Assembly: GCA_035629175.1 (NCBI GenBank) | Contig: DASPIL010000040.1 | Location: 40,255 to 104,254 of the forward strand | DNA: 64,000 nucleotides | Source of the DNA: Verrucomicrobiia bacterium | Lineage (GTDB): Bacteria; Verrucomicrobiota; Verrucomicrobiia; Limisphaerales; DASXHY01 | Reading direction: 5' to 3' | Part shown: positions 9,339-19,579 of the stretch, in pieces | Layout of the letters: every line of letters begins with the position of its first letter | Numbering within the stretch: position 1 is the first letter of the stretch | Translations under genes and position numbers: made by a program | The notes under the pieces: model-generated | The model's database searches: none | Seen by the model: the letters and a program-made list of their open reading frames with translations, nothing else | Told to the model about the DNA's origin: nothing

Positions 9339-9665
9339 ATGCGCTCACAAAGTTTTAAAATTGTGTTCGTGACCGCGCCTAACCGCAAAGTGGCCCGGCA
9401 TCTTGCGCGCAAAGCCCTCGAAGCAAAACTCGTTGCGTGCGCCAACATTGTTCCAGCGGTGGAATCGCTTTACTGGTGGCAGGACAAAATCGAGTGCAGC
9501 CGCGAACTGCTCATCGTCTTCAAAACCATCGCGCCCCGCGTCAATCAACTGGAGAAGATGGTCGTCGCGGAGCATCCGTATGACACGCCGGAGTTTGTTG
9601 TTCTCGATCCATCGGCTGCAAACCGGCGTTACCTCGCCTGGTGGAGAGCCGCCTGCGTAGGTTAA
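9339..9665 (+). CDS. cutA: Divalent-cation tolerance protein CutA
   Basis: LVACANI, SLYWWQDKI, HPYDTPE. Confidence 0.92.
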   Translation: MRSQSFKIVFVTAPNRKVARHLARKALEAKLVACANIVPAVESLYWWQDKIECSRELLIVFKTIAPRVNQLEKMVVAEHPYDTPEFVVLDPSAANRRYLAWWRAACVG

Positions 9666-9724
9666 CACCCGGCCAGTCACCGCCCCATTGCAGTTGCCGT
9701 TTGACGCGCTAGTGTTCGTCTCGA

Positions 9725-10474
9725 GTGAACACGCAGGATCTCATCCCCGTCTTGCTCCTTACGCTGCTCAGCCTGTCGCTGATCGCGGGCGCTGCAACGA
9801 TTTTGTTGATCATGCATTGGCGGCGAAAGCGGCCACTCATGGCGGCAGCTCCGGTGCTGGATCCGGAAACGTTTGACCAACTGACCCGTTGCTCATTCGT
9901 CCATCGTCCTCATGCGTGGGTGGCTGTGCGCAGCCGGAACCTTCCTGCGGTTCAAGCAGCGTTGGGCCTGAGTAATCCCCGCCCATGCACCTGTTTCCAG
10001 GGACTCACGGGCGAGTTGCGCCTGTTCATCACGCCCCCGCTTCACGGCTGGATCCTGATCACCGGGTCCGGGTTGCCGGATCCTGCTGAGGACGTTGATA
10101 TTTCGTTTAGGTTCCTGATGGATTTAAGCCGCAAGCTCGGACACGTTCAGTTTTTCAGCGCCACCCCCGCGTTGAATCATCACTCGTGGGTGCGAGCCGA
10201 AAATGGGCGTGTCATTCGTGCCTATTGCTGGGCTGGCCGAACCCTTTGGAATCAGGGTGTCAAAACCCAGGCGGAAATCGACCTGGGCATGAAGTGCTTT
10301 CAGTATTGCGAATGCCCCTCGGTCGCGTTGTTCAACGCGGTGGATTTCGAGGCATCCAACACTGAGCGAGTCCCCCTGCTCGCCTCGGCATGGAGCATTG
10401 ACCCTGCAGCGATAGATGAACATACGCTGGAAGTGACCTCTGGAATCGCGGGCGAACCCCCGCGGCTGTATTGA
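9725..10474 (+). CDS. Hypothetical membrane-anchored protein
   Basis: N-terminal TM helix, then a globular Trp-containing domain; fills the gap with the neighbours' orientation. Confidence 0.65.
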   Translation: MNTQDLIPVLLLTLLSLSLIAGAATILLIMHWRRKRPLMAAAPVLDPETFDQLTRCSFVHRPHAWVAVRSRNLPAVQAALGLSNPRPCTCFQGLTGELRLFITPPLHGWILITGSGLPDPAEDVDISFRFLMDLSRKLGHVQFFSATPALNHHSWVRAENGRVIRAYCWAGRTLWNQGVKTQAEIDLGMKCFQYCECPSVALFNAVDFEASNTERVPLLASAWSIDPAAIDEHTLEVTSGIAGEPPRLY

Positions 10475-10523
10475 CAGCCGCCGCTTTCTCTGAAATGACT
10501 GGGCCGTCCAACCCAGGACGCCT

Positions 10524-11108
10524 ATGTCACTCGACCTCGAGATCCAAAAGTTTCCTCGGCGCATCGATTTAAAGGAGCAATTCCAGGCAACTCTCCGGCC
10601 CTTGAAGAAGGACGACGAGAAGAAGTTCTATGAATTTTTCCAGTCCGTTCCCGAACAGGAACGCATGTTCATCAAACATCGTGTAAGCGATCCACAGGTG
10701 ATCCGCGCGTGGTGCCAAAACATCGATCTCGGGCGCAAATTCCCCCTCGTCGCGCTCATGGACAACAACTTCGCAGGGGTGGCGACACTGCACCAGCAGC
10801 AGGGAGGATGGAAAAGGCACATCGGCCGCGTCAGCGTGCTTGTGCTTCCACGATACCGCGGGCGGGGCCTCGCGCGCGCGTTGATCAAGGAGATCTCCGA
10901 AACGGCGCGCAGTCTCGGGCTCGAACGGTTGGAAGCGGAATTCATCGGGAGCCAGGAAGCGGCAATTAAAATGTTCGCAATGCTCGGCTTCAGCAATCTC
11001 TGCCGCTTCGACGACTACGTGAAAGACATGCAGGCCATTTCGCACGACTACGTGCTCATGGGACTGAACCTGAAGGTCGACGAGGAATACGCCGGCGTCG
11101 GAGGCTGA
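10524..11108 (+). CDS. GNAT family N-acetyltransferase
   Basis: VLPRYRGRGLA acetyl-CoA motif A; MFAMLGF. Confidence 0.88.
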   Translation: MSLDLEIQKFPRRIDLKEQFQATLRPLKKDDEKKFYEFFQSVPEQERMFIKHRVSDPQVIRAWCQNIDLGRKFPLVALMDNNFAGVATLHQQQGGWKRHIGRVSVLVLPRYRGRGLARALIKEISETARSLGLERLEAEFIGSQEAAIKMFAMLGFSNLCRFDDYVKDMQAISHDYVLMGLNLKVDEEYAGVGG

Positions 11109-11116
11109 GGGTATGC

Positions 11117-11193
11117 ATGATTTACGATTGATGATGAATGATTTGGACGCCACGGATGAGGTCTGCGGCAGCAAATCTTCAATCACAAACCAT
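11117..11193. repeat. Heptamer-repeat inverted element
   Basis: ATGATTT-ACGATTG-ATGATGA-ATGATTT ... AAATCTT-CAATCAC-AAACCAT. Confidence 0.55.
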
Positions 11194-11215
11194 CCAGCTC
11201 TATCATCACTTCCAG

Positions 11216-11479
11216 ATGCCATCGATTTGCCCCAATTGTGGCGCTGACGTTCCCGCGCGCGCCAAGGCATGCCCAGAGTGCGGATCCGATGATCAGACCG
11301 GCTGGTCGAGTGAAGCCGAAACGAGCGGACTGGATCTTCCGGAGGAAAATTTCAACTACGAAAAATTCGTCGAAACCGAGTTCGGCGCACGGAAAAACTC
11401 CCCGTCGGGCCTTCCCTGGTTTTGGTGGATCGCCGCCGTCGCCGTCATCGCAGCGCTGGTCTGGCTGATGCTCGCGTAA
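11216..11479 (+). CDS. Zinc-ribbon protein with C-terminal TM helix
   Basis: CPNCG...CPECG, hydrophobic C-terminus. Confidence 0.8.
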   Translation: MPSICPNCGADVPARAKACPECGSDDQTGWSSEAETSGLDLPEENFNYEKFVETEFGARKNSPSGLPWFWWIAAVAVIAALVWLMLA

Positions 11480-11480
11480 G

Positions 11481-11509
11481 AAAAAAGCCCGTCCAGGAAA
11501 GGACGGGCT
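11481..11509 (-). terminator. Intrinsic terminator at the end of the ribosomal cluster (after rplQ)
   Basis: AGCCCGTCC/GGACGGGCT stem with a T-run on the minus strand. Confidence 0.8.
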
Positions 11510-11530
11510 GATAATGATTTAAAACCTTGT

Positions 11531-11974
11531 TCAGGCCTTGGCTTCGGCTGCTTGACCTTCCTTCACTTCAGCAGGCTTGGTCTCCGCCTTCGTTTCCGTA
11601 GGAGCGCTTTCGCCAGCCGGCATGTCGACCCATTCAAGGATCGCGAGCTGGGCGGCGTCGCCCTGGCGTTGATGCAACTTGACGATTCGGGTGTAGCCGC
11701 CGTTGCGGTTCTTCTGTGCCGGCGCAATCTCGCTGAAAAGGATCTTGGTGGCGTCTTCCTGGTGAAGCCGGGCCACCGCGAGACGGCGGGCGTGAACAGT
11801 GCCTTTCTTGCCGAGCGTGACAAGCTTCTCTGCCACCGACCTGGCCGCTTTGGCCTTCGCCAGCGTGGTCGTAACGCGTTTGTGCTTGATCAGACTGCAA
11901 ACCAGGTTGGCAAGCATTGCATTCCGGTGTTCGCCGGTGCGGCCCAACTTGGCAGTTCGCTTGAGGTGTCGCAT
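11531..11974 (-). CDS. rplQ: 50S ribosomal protein L17
   Basis: MRHLK..KLGRT..HR, TTLAKAK, GGYTRI. Confidence 0.98.
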   Translation of the reverse strand: MRHLKRTAKLGRTGEHRNAMLANLVCSLIKHKRVTTTLAKAKAARSVAEKLVTLGKKGTVHARRLAVARLHQEDATKILFSEIAPAQKNRNGGYTRIVKLHQRQGDAAQLAILEWVDMPAGESAPTETKAETKPAEVKEGQAAEAKA

Positions 11975-11987
11975 ATACTACTTACTG

Positions 11988-13007
11988 TTATCGGGTCACT
12001 AGCCCTGATTCTTCCTTCGGCATGTCCAACAGATCGGCATCGAAGGTCATGCCGAGCCCCAGTCCGAGCGCCTGAAGCTTGTCCTTGATCTCGTTCAAAG
12101 ACTTCTTTCCGAAATTGCGGTACTTCAGCATTTCGGATTCGGTCTTCATCGCCAGCTGCCCAACCGAGGTAATGTTGGCATTGTTCAAGCAATTCGCTGC
12201 GCGGACGCTCAACTCGATTTCGTTCACGCTCATATTGAGGAGCTTCTTCAGCTTGGACTTTTCCTCGTCCTGCTTGTCCACAACTTCCTCGAACTCCACC
12301 GCGCTCTTGTCATAGCCGACAAAAACGTCCAGATGATGCGCGAGAATGGCGGAGGCTTGCGTGAGGGCGTCGTCCGGCGTAATGCGGCCGTCGGTCCACA
12401 CTTCCATCAACAAGCGATCATAATCAGTCCGCTGCCCGACGCGAGCGCTCTCAACCGCGTAACGAACGCGTGTAACCGGGGAGAACAGGGAGTCAATGGC
12501 GATGACTCCGATGGCCTGATTCGGCTTCTTGTTCTCGTCGCCGGGCATAAAGCCACGGCCGATCTTCACTTCCAGTTCCATCTCGAACTTCTTCTTTTTG
12601 TCGAGCGTGCAGATGTGCTGATTCGGGTTAACCAATTCAACGTTCTGGTTAAGCTGGATGTCCGCCGCAGTCACTTCGCCCTCCTTGTTCACGGAAAGCA
12701 GCAGAGTCTGCGGGTCGCGGGTGTGCGCGCGAAAGAGAACCTTCTTCAGGTTCAAAACGATCTCAGTGACATCCTCAACGATGCCATCGACTGTCGCGAA
12801 CTCATGCATCGCGCCGTCGACCTTGATGGAAGTGATCGCAGCACCTTCGAGCGACGACAGCAACACGCGGCGCAGCGAATTGCCGACCGTATGGCCGTAG
12901 CCGGTTTCAAATGGTTCAGCAATGAATTTTGCGTAGGTTTCGGTCGCGGTAGACTCTTCCTTGGTCAACCGCTTGGGCATTTCAAAACGTCCTAGACGTA
13001 CTGGCAT
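11988..13007 (-). CDS. rpoA: RNA polymerase alpha subunit
   Basis: EPFETGYGHTVGNSLRRVLLSS, ELSVRAANCL, NFGKKSL. Confidence 0.99.
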   Translation of the reverse strand: MPVRLGRFEMPKRLTKEESTATETYAKFIAEPFETGYGHTVGNSLRRVLLSSLEGAAITSIKVDGAMHEFATVDGIVEDVTEIVLNLKKVLFRAHTRDPQTLLLSVNKEGEVTAADIQLNQNVELVNPNQHICTLDKKKKFEMELEVKIGRGFMPGDENKKPNQAIGVIAIDSLFSPVTRVRYAVESARVGQRTDYDRLLMEVWTDGRITPDDALTQASAILAHHLDVFVGYDKSAVEFEEVVDKQDEEKSKLKKLLNMSVNEIELSVRAANCLNNANITSVGQLAMKTESEMLKYRNFGKKSLNEIKDKLQALGLGLGMTFDADLLDMPKEESGLVTR

Positions 13008-13165
13008 ATTATCCTTTCAACAATTTTAATCTGATTGCGCCAGAGTATGTTCCCGCTGGCTGGCGCAATCCGTATAATTGTTTCTGGAGCGTTTGAGTAT
13101 GAAGCGCCGGGGCGGCCACGAAAAGGCAGCCCGGCGTTGCAAAACCCGTCACCCCGTTCAGTTAA

Positions 13166-13774
13166 CTAGCGGGAATAAAATTCGACGACAGCCTGTTCGT
13201 TCGCGATCGGGTTGATCTCATCACGAGTCGGAATGCGCATCACGACGCCCTTCAGGTCATCCTTGCTGAGGGACAACCAATCCGGAATGGACCGGCTGGT
13301 GGAGCTTTCCAGGTTCTTCGTCGCAAGCTGGCGCGAAACATTGGTGCTCTTGATGGTGATCACGTCATTCACCTTCAGGGCGTAGGACGGGATGTTGACC
13401 TTGCGGCCGTTGACCTGCACGTGACCGTGGGTCACAAGCTGGCGGGCGGCAGCACGGGTACTCGCGAAACCGAGATGAAACACAACGTTGTCGAGGCGTG
13501 TCTCGAGAATCTGCAGCATGTGCTCACCGGTCACGCCACGGCGGCGCAGCGCTTTCTGGTAAACGCCACGAAACTGACGTTCAAGCAAGCCATAAAAATA
13601 ACGGAGCTTCTGCTTCTCAATCAGCCCCAGACCGTAGTCAGTATGCTTGCGGCGGGACTTCGGGCCATGCATGCCCGGGCCGTAATTGCGGCGTTCGAGA
13701 TACTTGGTCGGGCCGAAGATCGGGATTCCGAAGCGGCGGCTGATTCGAACGCGAGGACCTGTGTAACGAGCCAT
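13166..13774 (-). CDS. rpsD: 30S ribosomal protein S4
   Basis: MARYTGP, EKQKLR, LETRLDN, VVEFYSR. Confidence 0.99.
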   Translation of the reverse strand: MARYTGPRVRISRRFGIPIFGPTKYLERRNYGPGMHGPKSRRKHTDYGLGLIEKQKLRYFYGLLERQFRGVYQKALRRRGVTGEHMLQILETRLDNVVFHLGFASTRAAARQLVTHGHVQVNGRKVNIPSYALKVNDVITIKSTNVSRQLATKNLESSTSRSIPDWLSLSKDDLKGVVMRIPTRDEINPIANEQAVVEFYSR

Positions 13775-13780
13775 AGAAAA

Positions 13781-13808
13781 TTTCGATTAACGATTTACAG
13801 TTTACGAC
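13781..13808. repeat. Degenerate heptamer tandem repeat between rpsK and rpsD
   Basis: TTTCGAT-TAACGAT-TTACAGT-TTACGAC. Confidence 0.5.
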
Positions 13809-14395
13809 TACACGCGGCGCTTCTTGCGCGGGCGGCAGCCATTGTGAGGCACCGGAGTCACGTCTTTGATTGTGGTGATTTCCAGGCCGATCGCCTGCAG
13901 CGCCCGGATTGCCGATTCACGGCCGGAACCCGGACCTTTCACGCGCACTTCGACCTCCTTCATGCCGTGCGACATGGCCTGGCGGGCGGCGTCCTGCGCC
14001 ACCTGCTGGGCGGCGTAAGCGGTGCTTTTCCGCGACCCTTTGAATCCCACCCGGCCGGCACTGGACCATCCGAGCAGGTTTCCATGCATGTCAGTGATGG
14101 TGACCTGGGTGTTGTTGAACGTGGCGAGGATGTTCGCGATGCCAACGGAAATATTCTTGGCGCCCTTGGCCTTGACAATCTTCTTGCCTGCCAGATCGTC
14201 GGCAAGCAATTCGGCGGCCGTGGGAGCCGCGGCTGCGACCGGTGCTTCCGGTGCTGCGGGAGCAGCAGGCGCGGCAGTGGCAGCATCAGCGGCAGGCGCC
14301 TTCTTGGTCACTTTTGTTTCCTCAGCAGCAGCAGCTCCCTCAGATTTGCCCTCTTTCTTGGGAGCGGGTGCTTTCTTCTTCGTTTCTTCAGCCAT
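13808..14395 (-). CDS. rpsK: 30S ribosomal protein S11 with Ala/Lys/Pro-rich N-terminal extension
   Basis: [31 protein letters not shown]. Confidence 0.98.
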   Translation of the reverse strand: MAEETKKKAPAPKKEGKSEGAAAAEETKVTKKAPAADAATAAPAAPAAPEAPVAAAAPTAAELLADDLAGKKIVKAKGAKNISVGIANILATFNNTQVTITDMHGNLLGWSSAGRVGFKGSRKSTAYAAQQVAQDAARQAMSHGMKEVEVRVKGPGSGRESAIRALQAIGLEITTIKDVTPVPHNGCRPRKKRRV

Positions 14396-14403
14396 AACAA
14401 AAA

Positions 14404-14799
14404 TCAGTGAATACCAGTCTTCGCGTTCGGATTACGTTGCACGCCGACAGTCTTCCGTGGTCCTTTGCGCGTGCGGGCATTGGTTTGTGTGCGTTGCCCG
14501 CGGACAGGCAGGCCGCGCATGTGACGAATGCCGCGGTAGCATTTAATTCCCTGCAAACGCTTGAGGTTCATGCCGATCTCGCGGCGCAGATCGCCTTCGA
14601 TGACATACTTCCCTTCCTGAATCGCGTGGACGATTTGCGAAAGCTGGGCTTCCGTCAAATCCTTCGCGCGAACGCTCGGGTCAATCTGCGCCTTCGCGAG
14701 GATATCGACTGCGTTCTTCGCGCCGATGCCGTAAATGTAGCGAAGCGCGATATCGATGCGCTTGTTTGGCGGGACTTCTACACCAATGATGCGTGCCAT
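14404..14799 (-). CDS. rpsM: 30S ribosomal protein S13
   Basis: [31 protein letters not shown]. Confidence 0.99.
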   Translation of the reverse strand: MARIIGVEVPPNKRIDIALRYIYGIGAKNAVDILAKAQIDPSVRAKDLTEAQLSQIVHAIQEGKYVIEGDLRREIGMNLKRLQGIKCYRGIRHMRGLPVRGQRTQTNARTRKGPRKTVGVQRNPNAKTGIH

Positions 14800-14802
14800 A
14801 AA

Positions 14803-14916
14803 TTAACCTTGCCGTTGCTTGTGGCGTTTGTTGCTGCAAATGACGCGAATTACGCCTTTGCGCCGGATCACTTTGCAGTTTTCGCAAAGTTTTTTTACTG
14901 ATGCTCGAACTTTCAT
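14803..14916 (-). CDS. rpmJ: 50S ribosomal protein L36 (Zn-binding form; below the ORF-track size cut-off)
   Basis: Hand translation [37 protein letters not shown]. Confidence 0.97.
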   Translation of the reverse strand: MKVRASVKKLCENCKVIRRKGVIRVICSNKRHKQRQG

Positions 14917-15140
14917 TGTAAATCTGTCTTCGTTTCGACGACGATTCGCCCTTCCGACAAGTCGTAGGGCGACATCTGCAACTTCACTGTGTCTCCGGCC
15001 CGCGCCGCGAACGTTCGTTTGGCGGCGCCCAAGGCGTAAGCCGTCAGCTCGTGGCCATTGGCAAGCCTGACCCGGAACAACTGCTTCGGGAGCACCGCGG
15101 TCACGATGCCCTCAACCTGGAAGGCATTTGCTCCGGCCAT
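14913..15140 (-). CDS. infA: Translation initiation factor IF-1-like protein (divergent)
   Basis: VEGIV..VLP..LFRV.L.NGH and GD.V...SPYDL..GRI; canonical position between map and rpmJ. Confidence 0.75.
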   Translation of the reverse strand: MAGANAFQVEGIVTAVLPKQLFRVRLANGHELTAYALGAAKRTFAARAGDTVKLQMSPYDLSEGRIVVETKTDLQ

Positions 15141-15880
15141 GTCATGATCTCCGGCTCGCCGTCCGTCACCAGAACGGTATGCTCAAAATGAGCGGACAAT
15201 GAACCATCTTGAGTGACCACTGTCCAGCCATCATTCAAGATTTTTACGCCTGGCAGCCCCGCATTTACCATCGGCTCAATCGCCAGCGTCATTCCAGGCC
15301 GCAGTTCCGGCGAACGCTTCTTCCGCTCGTCAAAATTCGGAATCTGCGGCTCTTCATGCATCGAGCGTCCCACCCCGTGTCCCACAAACTCCCGCACAAT
15401 GCTGAAGCCGTTCTGCTCTACATAAACCTGAATCGCCCGGGATATATCCACCACGCGCTTCCCGGGCACAGCCTGGGCGATCCCTTCGAACAATGACTTC
15501 TGGGTCACGTCCATCAACTTCTGTCCAAGAACCCCGCATCCCCCGACCGCTACCGTCCTTGCCGTGTCCCCGATAAATCCGTTGTAAATGACACCAACGT
15601 CGAGGCTCACAATGTCCCCGAGCTTCAACTGCCGGTCACCTGCCAGACCATGGACTACCTGGTCGTTCACCGAGATGCAGATGTGACACGGATATTTTCG
15701 ATACCCGAGAAACGCACTTTTTGCGCCGTGGCTTCGGATACGCTCTGCGGCAAAATCATCCACTTCCCGGGTTGTCAAACCCGGCCTGATGAAAGCCGCT
15801 ACATCGTTCAGCACTGTACCTGCGATGGTGCATGCAGGCCGCATCGCTTCCAAATCCCGCTCGCTCTTGAGAACAATCAT
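15101..15880 (-). CDS. map: Methionine aminopeptidase type I
   Basis: [34 protein letters not shown]. Confidence 0.98.
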   Translation of the reverse strand: MIVLKSERDLEAMRPACTIAGTVLNDVAAFIRPGLTTREVDDFAAERIRSHGAKSAFLGYRKYPCHICISVNDQVVHGLAGDRQLKLGDIVSLDVGVIYNGFIGDTARTVAVGGCGVLGQKLMDVTQKSLFEGIAQAVPGKRVVDISRAIQVYVEQNGFSIVREFVGHGVGRSMHEEPQIPNFDERKKRSPELRPGMTLAIEPMVNAGLPGVKILNDGWTVVTQDGSLSAHFEHTVLVTDGEPEIMTWPEQMPSRLRAS

Positions 15881-15916
15881 TTTCGGAGCTTGACCGCAAA
15901 CCGGCCAGACAGGATC

Positions 15917-17332
15917 TCAGATGCGGCCCTTGACCCGGCCCTTCTTCAGAAAACCATCATAATGGCGCATGAGAAGATGGGACTCCATTTGGCGCATGGT
16001 ATCCAAAACGACGCCGACGGCGATCAGCATGCTGGTGCCTCCAAAAAACTGGGCCACCTGATACGAAATACCCATCTGGGTCGCCAGAATCATCGGGATG
16101 ATTGCGATCACCAGCAGGAAGATGGCGCCTGCCAGCGTGATGCGGCTCATCGCATTATGCAGGTAATCCGAAGTCGCCTGGCCGGGTCGAACACCTGGGA
16201 TGTATCCGCCGTTTTTCTTCAGGTCGTCGGCAATCTGCAATTCATTGAATTGAGTGGCCACCCAGAAGTAGGAGAAGAACAGGATCATCAGCGAATACAG
16301 CAGGAAGTACCAAAAACTGTTGTGATCGAGCGCATTGCCGATCGCGGAAAACATCTCCGAAAAGAATTTGCCACTCGCACTGGTGCTGTCGCGGAGGCTC
16401 TGGCCCAGCGTGTAGAAAATCTTTTGCGGGAACATCAATATAGCCTGCGCAAAGATGATCGGCATTACGCCCGCGTAATTCACCCGCAAAGGCATGAACG
16501 AGGTTCCGCCAGAATACACTTTTCTGCCGACCGCGCGCTGCGCGTATTGGACTGGAATCTTCCGTTGCGCCTGGGTGATGGCGATCACACCCGCGATCAC
16601 GCCTGCAAGCAGAAGCAGCAACGCAATCGCGTGTCCAATGTTGCCTCGCGCCTCAGTGTCGCCAGAAGCAAAGAACAGGTCACGCAAGCCTTGGATCGCT
16701 GACGGAATTTCGGCAAGGATACCGATCGTGATGATCAACGAGATGCCGTTCCCGATACCCCGCTCGGTAATCTGTTCGCCGAGCCACATCAACAACATGG
16801 TTCCGCACGTGAGAATCAAGGTCGTCTGAATGCGATACCACCAGATCCAGCTGTCAGGGAACAACACTATACGCCCAATCTCGGCCGACTGAAACACCGC
16901 CTCAGGATTCTCCCAGCCAATCGCCATTGCCATTCCCTGGCCGACACAAAGCAGCAGGGTCAAATAGCGCCCGTATTGGATCAACTTGGTGCGTCCGCCT
17001 TCCTCGCGCGCCAGCTTGCTCCAAGGGCCGTACACGGCCGTCAGGAGCTGCACGATAATTGTGGCGCTGATATAGGGCATGATCCCGAGCGATCCGACCG
17101 CGCAACGTTGCAACGCGCCACCCGTGAACATGCTGTAGAGGCCGAGAACACCCGCACCACGATCGGCCAACTGCGAGAAGAATTCGGCCAGCCGGGTTCC
17201 GTCCAAACCAGGAATCGTGATGTACGCGACCAACCGGCAGATTGCCAGGATCATCACGGTAAACAGGATCCGCGACTTCAGCTCCGGAATTTTGAAGCAG
17301 TTGCTGAACGTGTTCGCGATATTGGCAATCAT
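15917..17332 (-). CDS. secY: Preprotein translocase SecY
   Basis: LGIMPYISATII, WLGEQITERGIGNG, AGVMPIIFA, IPGVRPG. Confidence 0.99.
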   Translation of the reverse strand: MIANIANTFSNCFKIPELKSRILFTVMILAICRLVAYITIPGLDGTRLAEFFSQLADRGAGVLGLYSMFTGGALQRCAVGSLGIMPYISATIIVQLLTAVYGPWSKLAREEGGRTKLIQYGRYLTLLLCVGQGMAMAIGWENPEAVFQSAEIGRIVLFPDSWIWWYRIQTTLILTCGTMLLMWLGEQITERGIGNGISLIITIGILAEIPSAIQGLRDLFFASGDTEARGNIGHAIALLLLLAGVIAGVIAITQAQRKIPVQYAQRAVGRKVYSGGTSFMPLRVNYAGVMPIIFAQAILMFPQKIFYTLGQSLRDSTSASGKFFSEMFSAIGNALDHNSFWYFLLYSLMILFFSYFWVATQFNELQIADDLKKNGGYIPGVRPGQATSDYLHNAMSRITLAGAIFLLVIAIIPMILATQMGISYQVAQFFGGTSMLIAVGVVLDTMRQMESHLLMRHYDGFLKKGRVKGRI

Positions 17333-17344
17333 GGGCGCCTAAGA

Positions 17345-17812
17345 CTAAGCCTTGGTGGATTCCACTTTGCCAATCACTTCGCAGGTGCCGCCTTTGGCCT
17401 CGATCTTTGCCTTGGCAGCAGCGCTGAACGCATGAGCACTGACGGAGAGCTTCTTCGTCACTTCGCCGTTTCCAAGGATCTTGATCCCGGCGCCGGGGCC
17501 ATTCGCCAGGCCGACGCTCTTCATTGCCGCCTCGTCCACGCGGGCGCCGTCCTCAAACACATTCAACGATTCCAGGTTGACCGGAATATAAGTGGTCGCG
17601 TGCCGCGTATTGTTGAAGCCGCGCTTTGGAATGCGGCGGATGAGCGGCATCTGGCCGCCTTCGAACCCGATACGGATGGAGCTGCCTGAACGGGCCGTCT
17701 GGCCCTTGCCACCACGCCCGGCGGTTTTGCCGCGGCCACTGGATTCACCCTGGCCGAGACGCTTGCGACGATGCTTCGCGCCTGGACGGGGTTTCAAATC
17801 ATGTAAACGCAT
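17345..17812 (-). CDS. rplO: 50S ribosomal protein L15
   Basis: GFEGGQMPLIRRIPKRGF, KILGNG. Confidence 0.99.
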   Translation of the reverse strand: MRLHDLKPRPGAKHRRKRLGQGESSGRGKTAGRGGKGQTARSGSSIRIGFEGGQMPLIRRIPKRGFNNTRHATTYIPVNLESLNVFEDGARVDEAAMKSVGLANGPGAGIKILGNGEVTKKLSVSAHAFSAAAKAKIEAKGGTCEVIGKVESTKA

Positions 17813-17896
17813 AAAATCTTAGATTCTCAATTCGGTCCCACACTCCGCGAGTTGTTCCGAACACGGAACACGCGGCCGCGGAACGCACTTGCCAGG

Positions 17897-18577
17897 TTAA
17901 GACGCAACGGGCACCTGGGGAGCCGCCTTCCGCATTTCAATGCCACGACCCTTGTAAATGTCCTCGGCCTGTCGGAGGCTCAATAACGCATGGAGCGTCG
18001 CTTTCACCACGTTTGCCGCGTTCTTGGATCCGAGCGATTTACTCAGGATGTCCTTTACGCCCGCGGATTCCAGGACTGCCCGCACCGTTTTGCCGGCAAT
18101 GATCCCAGTTCCCGGTGACGCAGGACGAAGGAGAACTTTGGCTCCGCAGTAATGGGAAAACACTTCGTGCGGAATGGTGGCTGCCTTGAGCGACACGGGC
18201 ACCATATGGTTGCGTGCGTCCTCGCCGCCTTTGCGAATGGCGTCAGCCACTTCGCCAGCCTTGCCGAGACCGACGCCGACTTTGCCCTTGCGGTCGCCGA
18301 CCACTACAAGCGCGCTGAAATTGAAGCGGCGGCCGCCTTTGACCACCTTGGCGGAACGGTTAATGAAGACAACCTTCTCCATTAACTCTTCCCCGCCCTG
18401 ACCGCCGGAGTCCTCGGGCGGTTTGCGTCGCCCGCGACCCTGGCCGCGTCCCCCACCCCGCTGATACGGATGCTGGTGACTTTGTTGGGTTTGCTGCGGC
18501 GCTTGCGGTGCCTGTGGCGCCTGCGGTTGCTGCTGCTCGGCGCCCGCGCCTTCTACAATGTTGGTTTCTTCAGCCAC
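17897..18577 (-). CDS. rpsE: 30S ribosomal protein S5 with Gln/Pro/Gly-rich N-terminal extension
   Basis: [38 protein letters not shown] start. Confidence 0.97.
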   Translation of the reverse strand: MAEETNIVEGAGAEQQQPQAPQAPQAPQQTQQSHQHPYQRGGGRGQGRGRRKPPEDSGGQGGEELMEKVVFINRSAKVVKGGRRFNFSALVVVGDRKGKVGVGLGKAGEVADAIRKGGEDARNHMVPVSLKAATIPHEVFSHYCGAKVLLRPASPGTGIIAGKTVRAVLESAGVKDILSKSLGSKNAANVVKATLHALLSLRQAEDIYKGRGIEMRKAAPQVPVAS

Positions 18578-18600
18578 AATATCTTCTCTCGGGTTAAACG

Positions 18601-18966
18601 TTAAAACTGCAGACCCGCTTCGCGTGCGGCATCAGCCAGCGCTTTCACTTTGCCGTGATAACGGGCACCGCTGCGGTCGAACACGACCTTTGTAATTCCC
18701 TTGTCGATCGCTGCCTTGGCTGCAAGTGTGCCGATGGCTTTGGCGCTGCTGACATTTGCACCCATCTTTTCGCGATCCGGGGTCGCCTTCGCGGTCGTTG
18801 CCGCCGCAGCCACAGTAACGCGCTTGATGTCATCAATGAACTGCACGTAAATGTGCTCGTTCGTGAACCGCACGCTCATGCGGGGGCGTTCAGTGGTTCC
18901 GTTCACTTTCTTTCGCACGCGCCAATGACGGAGCTGCGCCAATCTCTGCTTCTTGTCTGTTCTCAT
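18601..18966 (-). CDS. rplR: 50S ribosomal protein L18
   Basis: [31 protein letters not shown]. Confidence 0.98.
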   Translation of the reverse strand: MRTDKKQRLAQLRHWRVRKKVNGTTERPRMSVRFTNEHIYVQFIDDIKRVTVAAAATTAKATPDREKMGANVSSAKAIGTLAAKAAIDKGITKVVFDRSGARYHGKVKALADAAREAGLQF

Positions 18967-19001
18967 CGTGTAGCGCCACGGATTTGCCGTGGCTGTAATG
19001 G

Positions 19002-19538
19002 TTATTGGACGGTCTTGCCTTCCTTGCGTTGGACATGTTCGCCAGCATACCGCACACCCTTGCCCTTGTAGGGTTCAGGCGGGTAAAAGCTGCGAATCTC
19101 CGACGCCACACGGCCGACCACTTGCCGATCCGGCCCTTCGATCGTCACCTTGGTGTTTTCTTCGACCGTCACTTTGATCTGCGCAGGGATTGGATAATTG
19201 ATGGGATGCGAGAAACCGAGGTTCAGATTAACCACGTTTCCCTGCACGGCGGCTTTGAATCCGACGCCCTGGATTTCGAGCTTCTTGACGAATCCTTCAC
19301 TGACGCCCTTGACCATATTGTTGACGAGGGCGCGGCTCAGTCCGTGCAATGCTTTGGCCTGGGCGTCGTCGCCGTTGCGGCTGACCACAATGCTTCCATT
19401 CTCGACTTTCAAGCTGGTGCGGTGGGGCAGATCGAAGGCCAGTTTGCCTTTCGGACCTTCCACGAGAACCTGCTGGCCCTTGACCTCCACCTTGACCTTC
19501 GGAGGAACAGCAATCGGTTGTTTTCCAATTCGCGACAT
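19002..19538 (-). CDS. rplF: 50S ribosomal protein L6
   Basis: MSRIGK, PEPYKGKGVRY. Confidence 0.99.
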   Translation of the reverse strand: MSRIGKQPIAVPPKVKVEVKGQQVLVEGPKGKLAFDLPHRTSLKVENGSIVVSRNGDDAQAKALHGLSRALVNNMVKGVSEGFVKKLEIQGVGFKAAVQGNVVNLNLGFSHPINYPIPAQIKVTVEENTKVTIEGPDRQVVGRVASEIRSFYPPEPYKGKGVRYAGEHVQRKEGKTVQ

Positions 19539-19579
19539 AAAATCAATTCAGTTTTGGCTCTTGCTCAGGCGGGAGCCGC

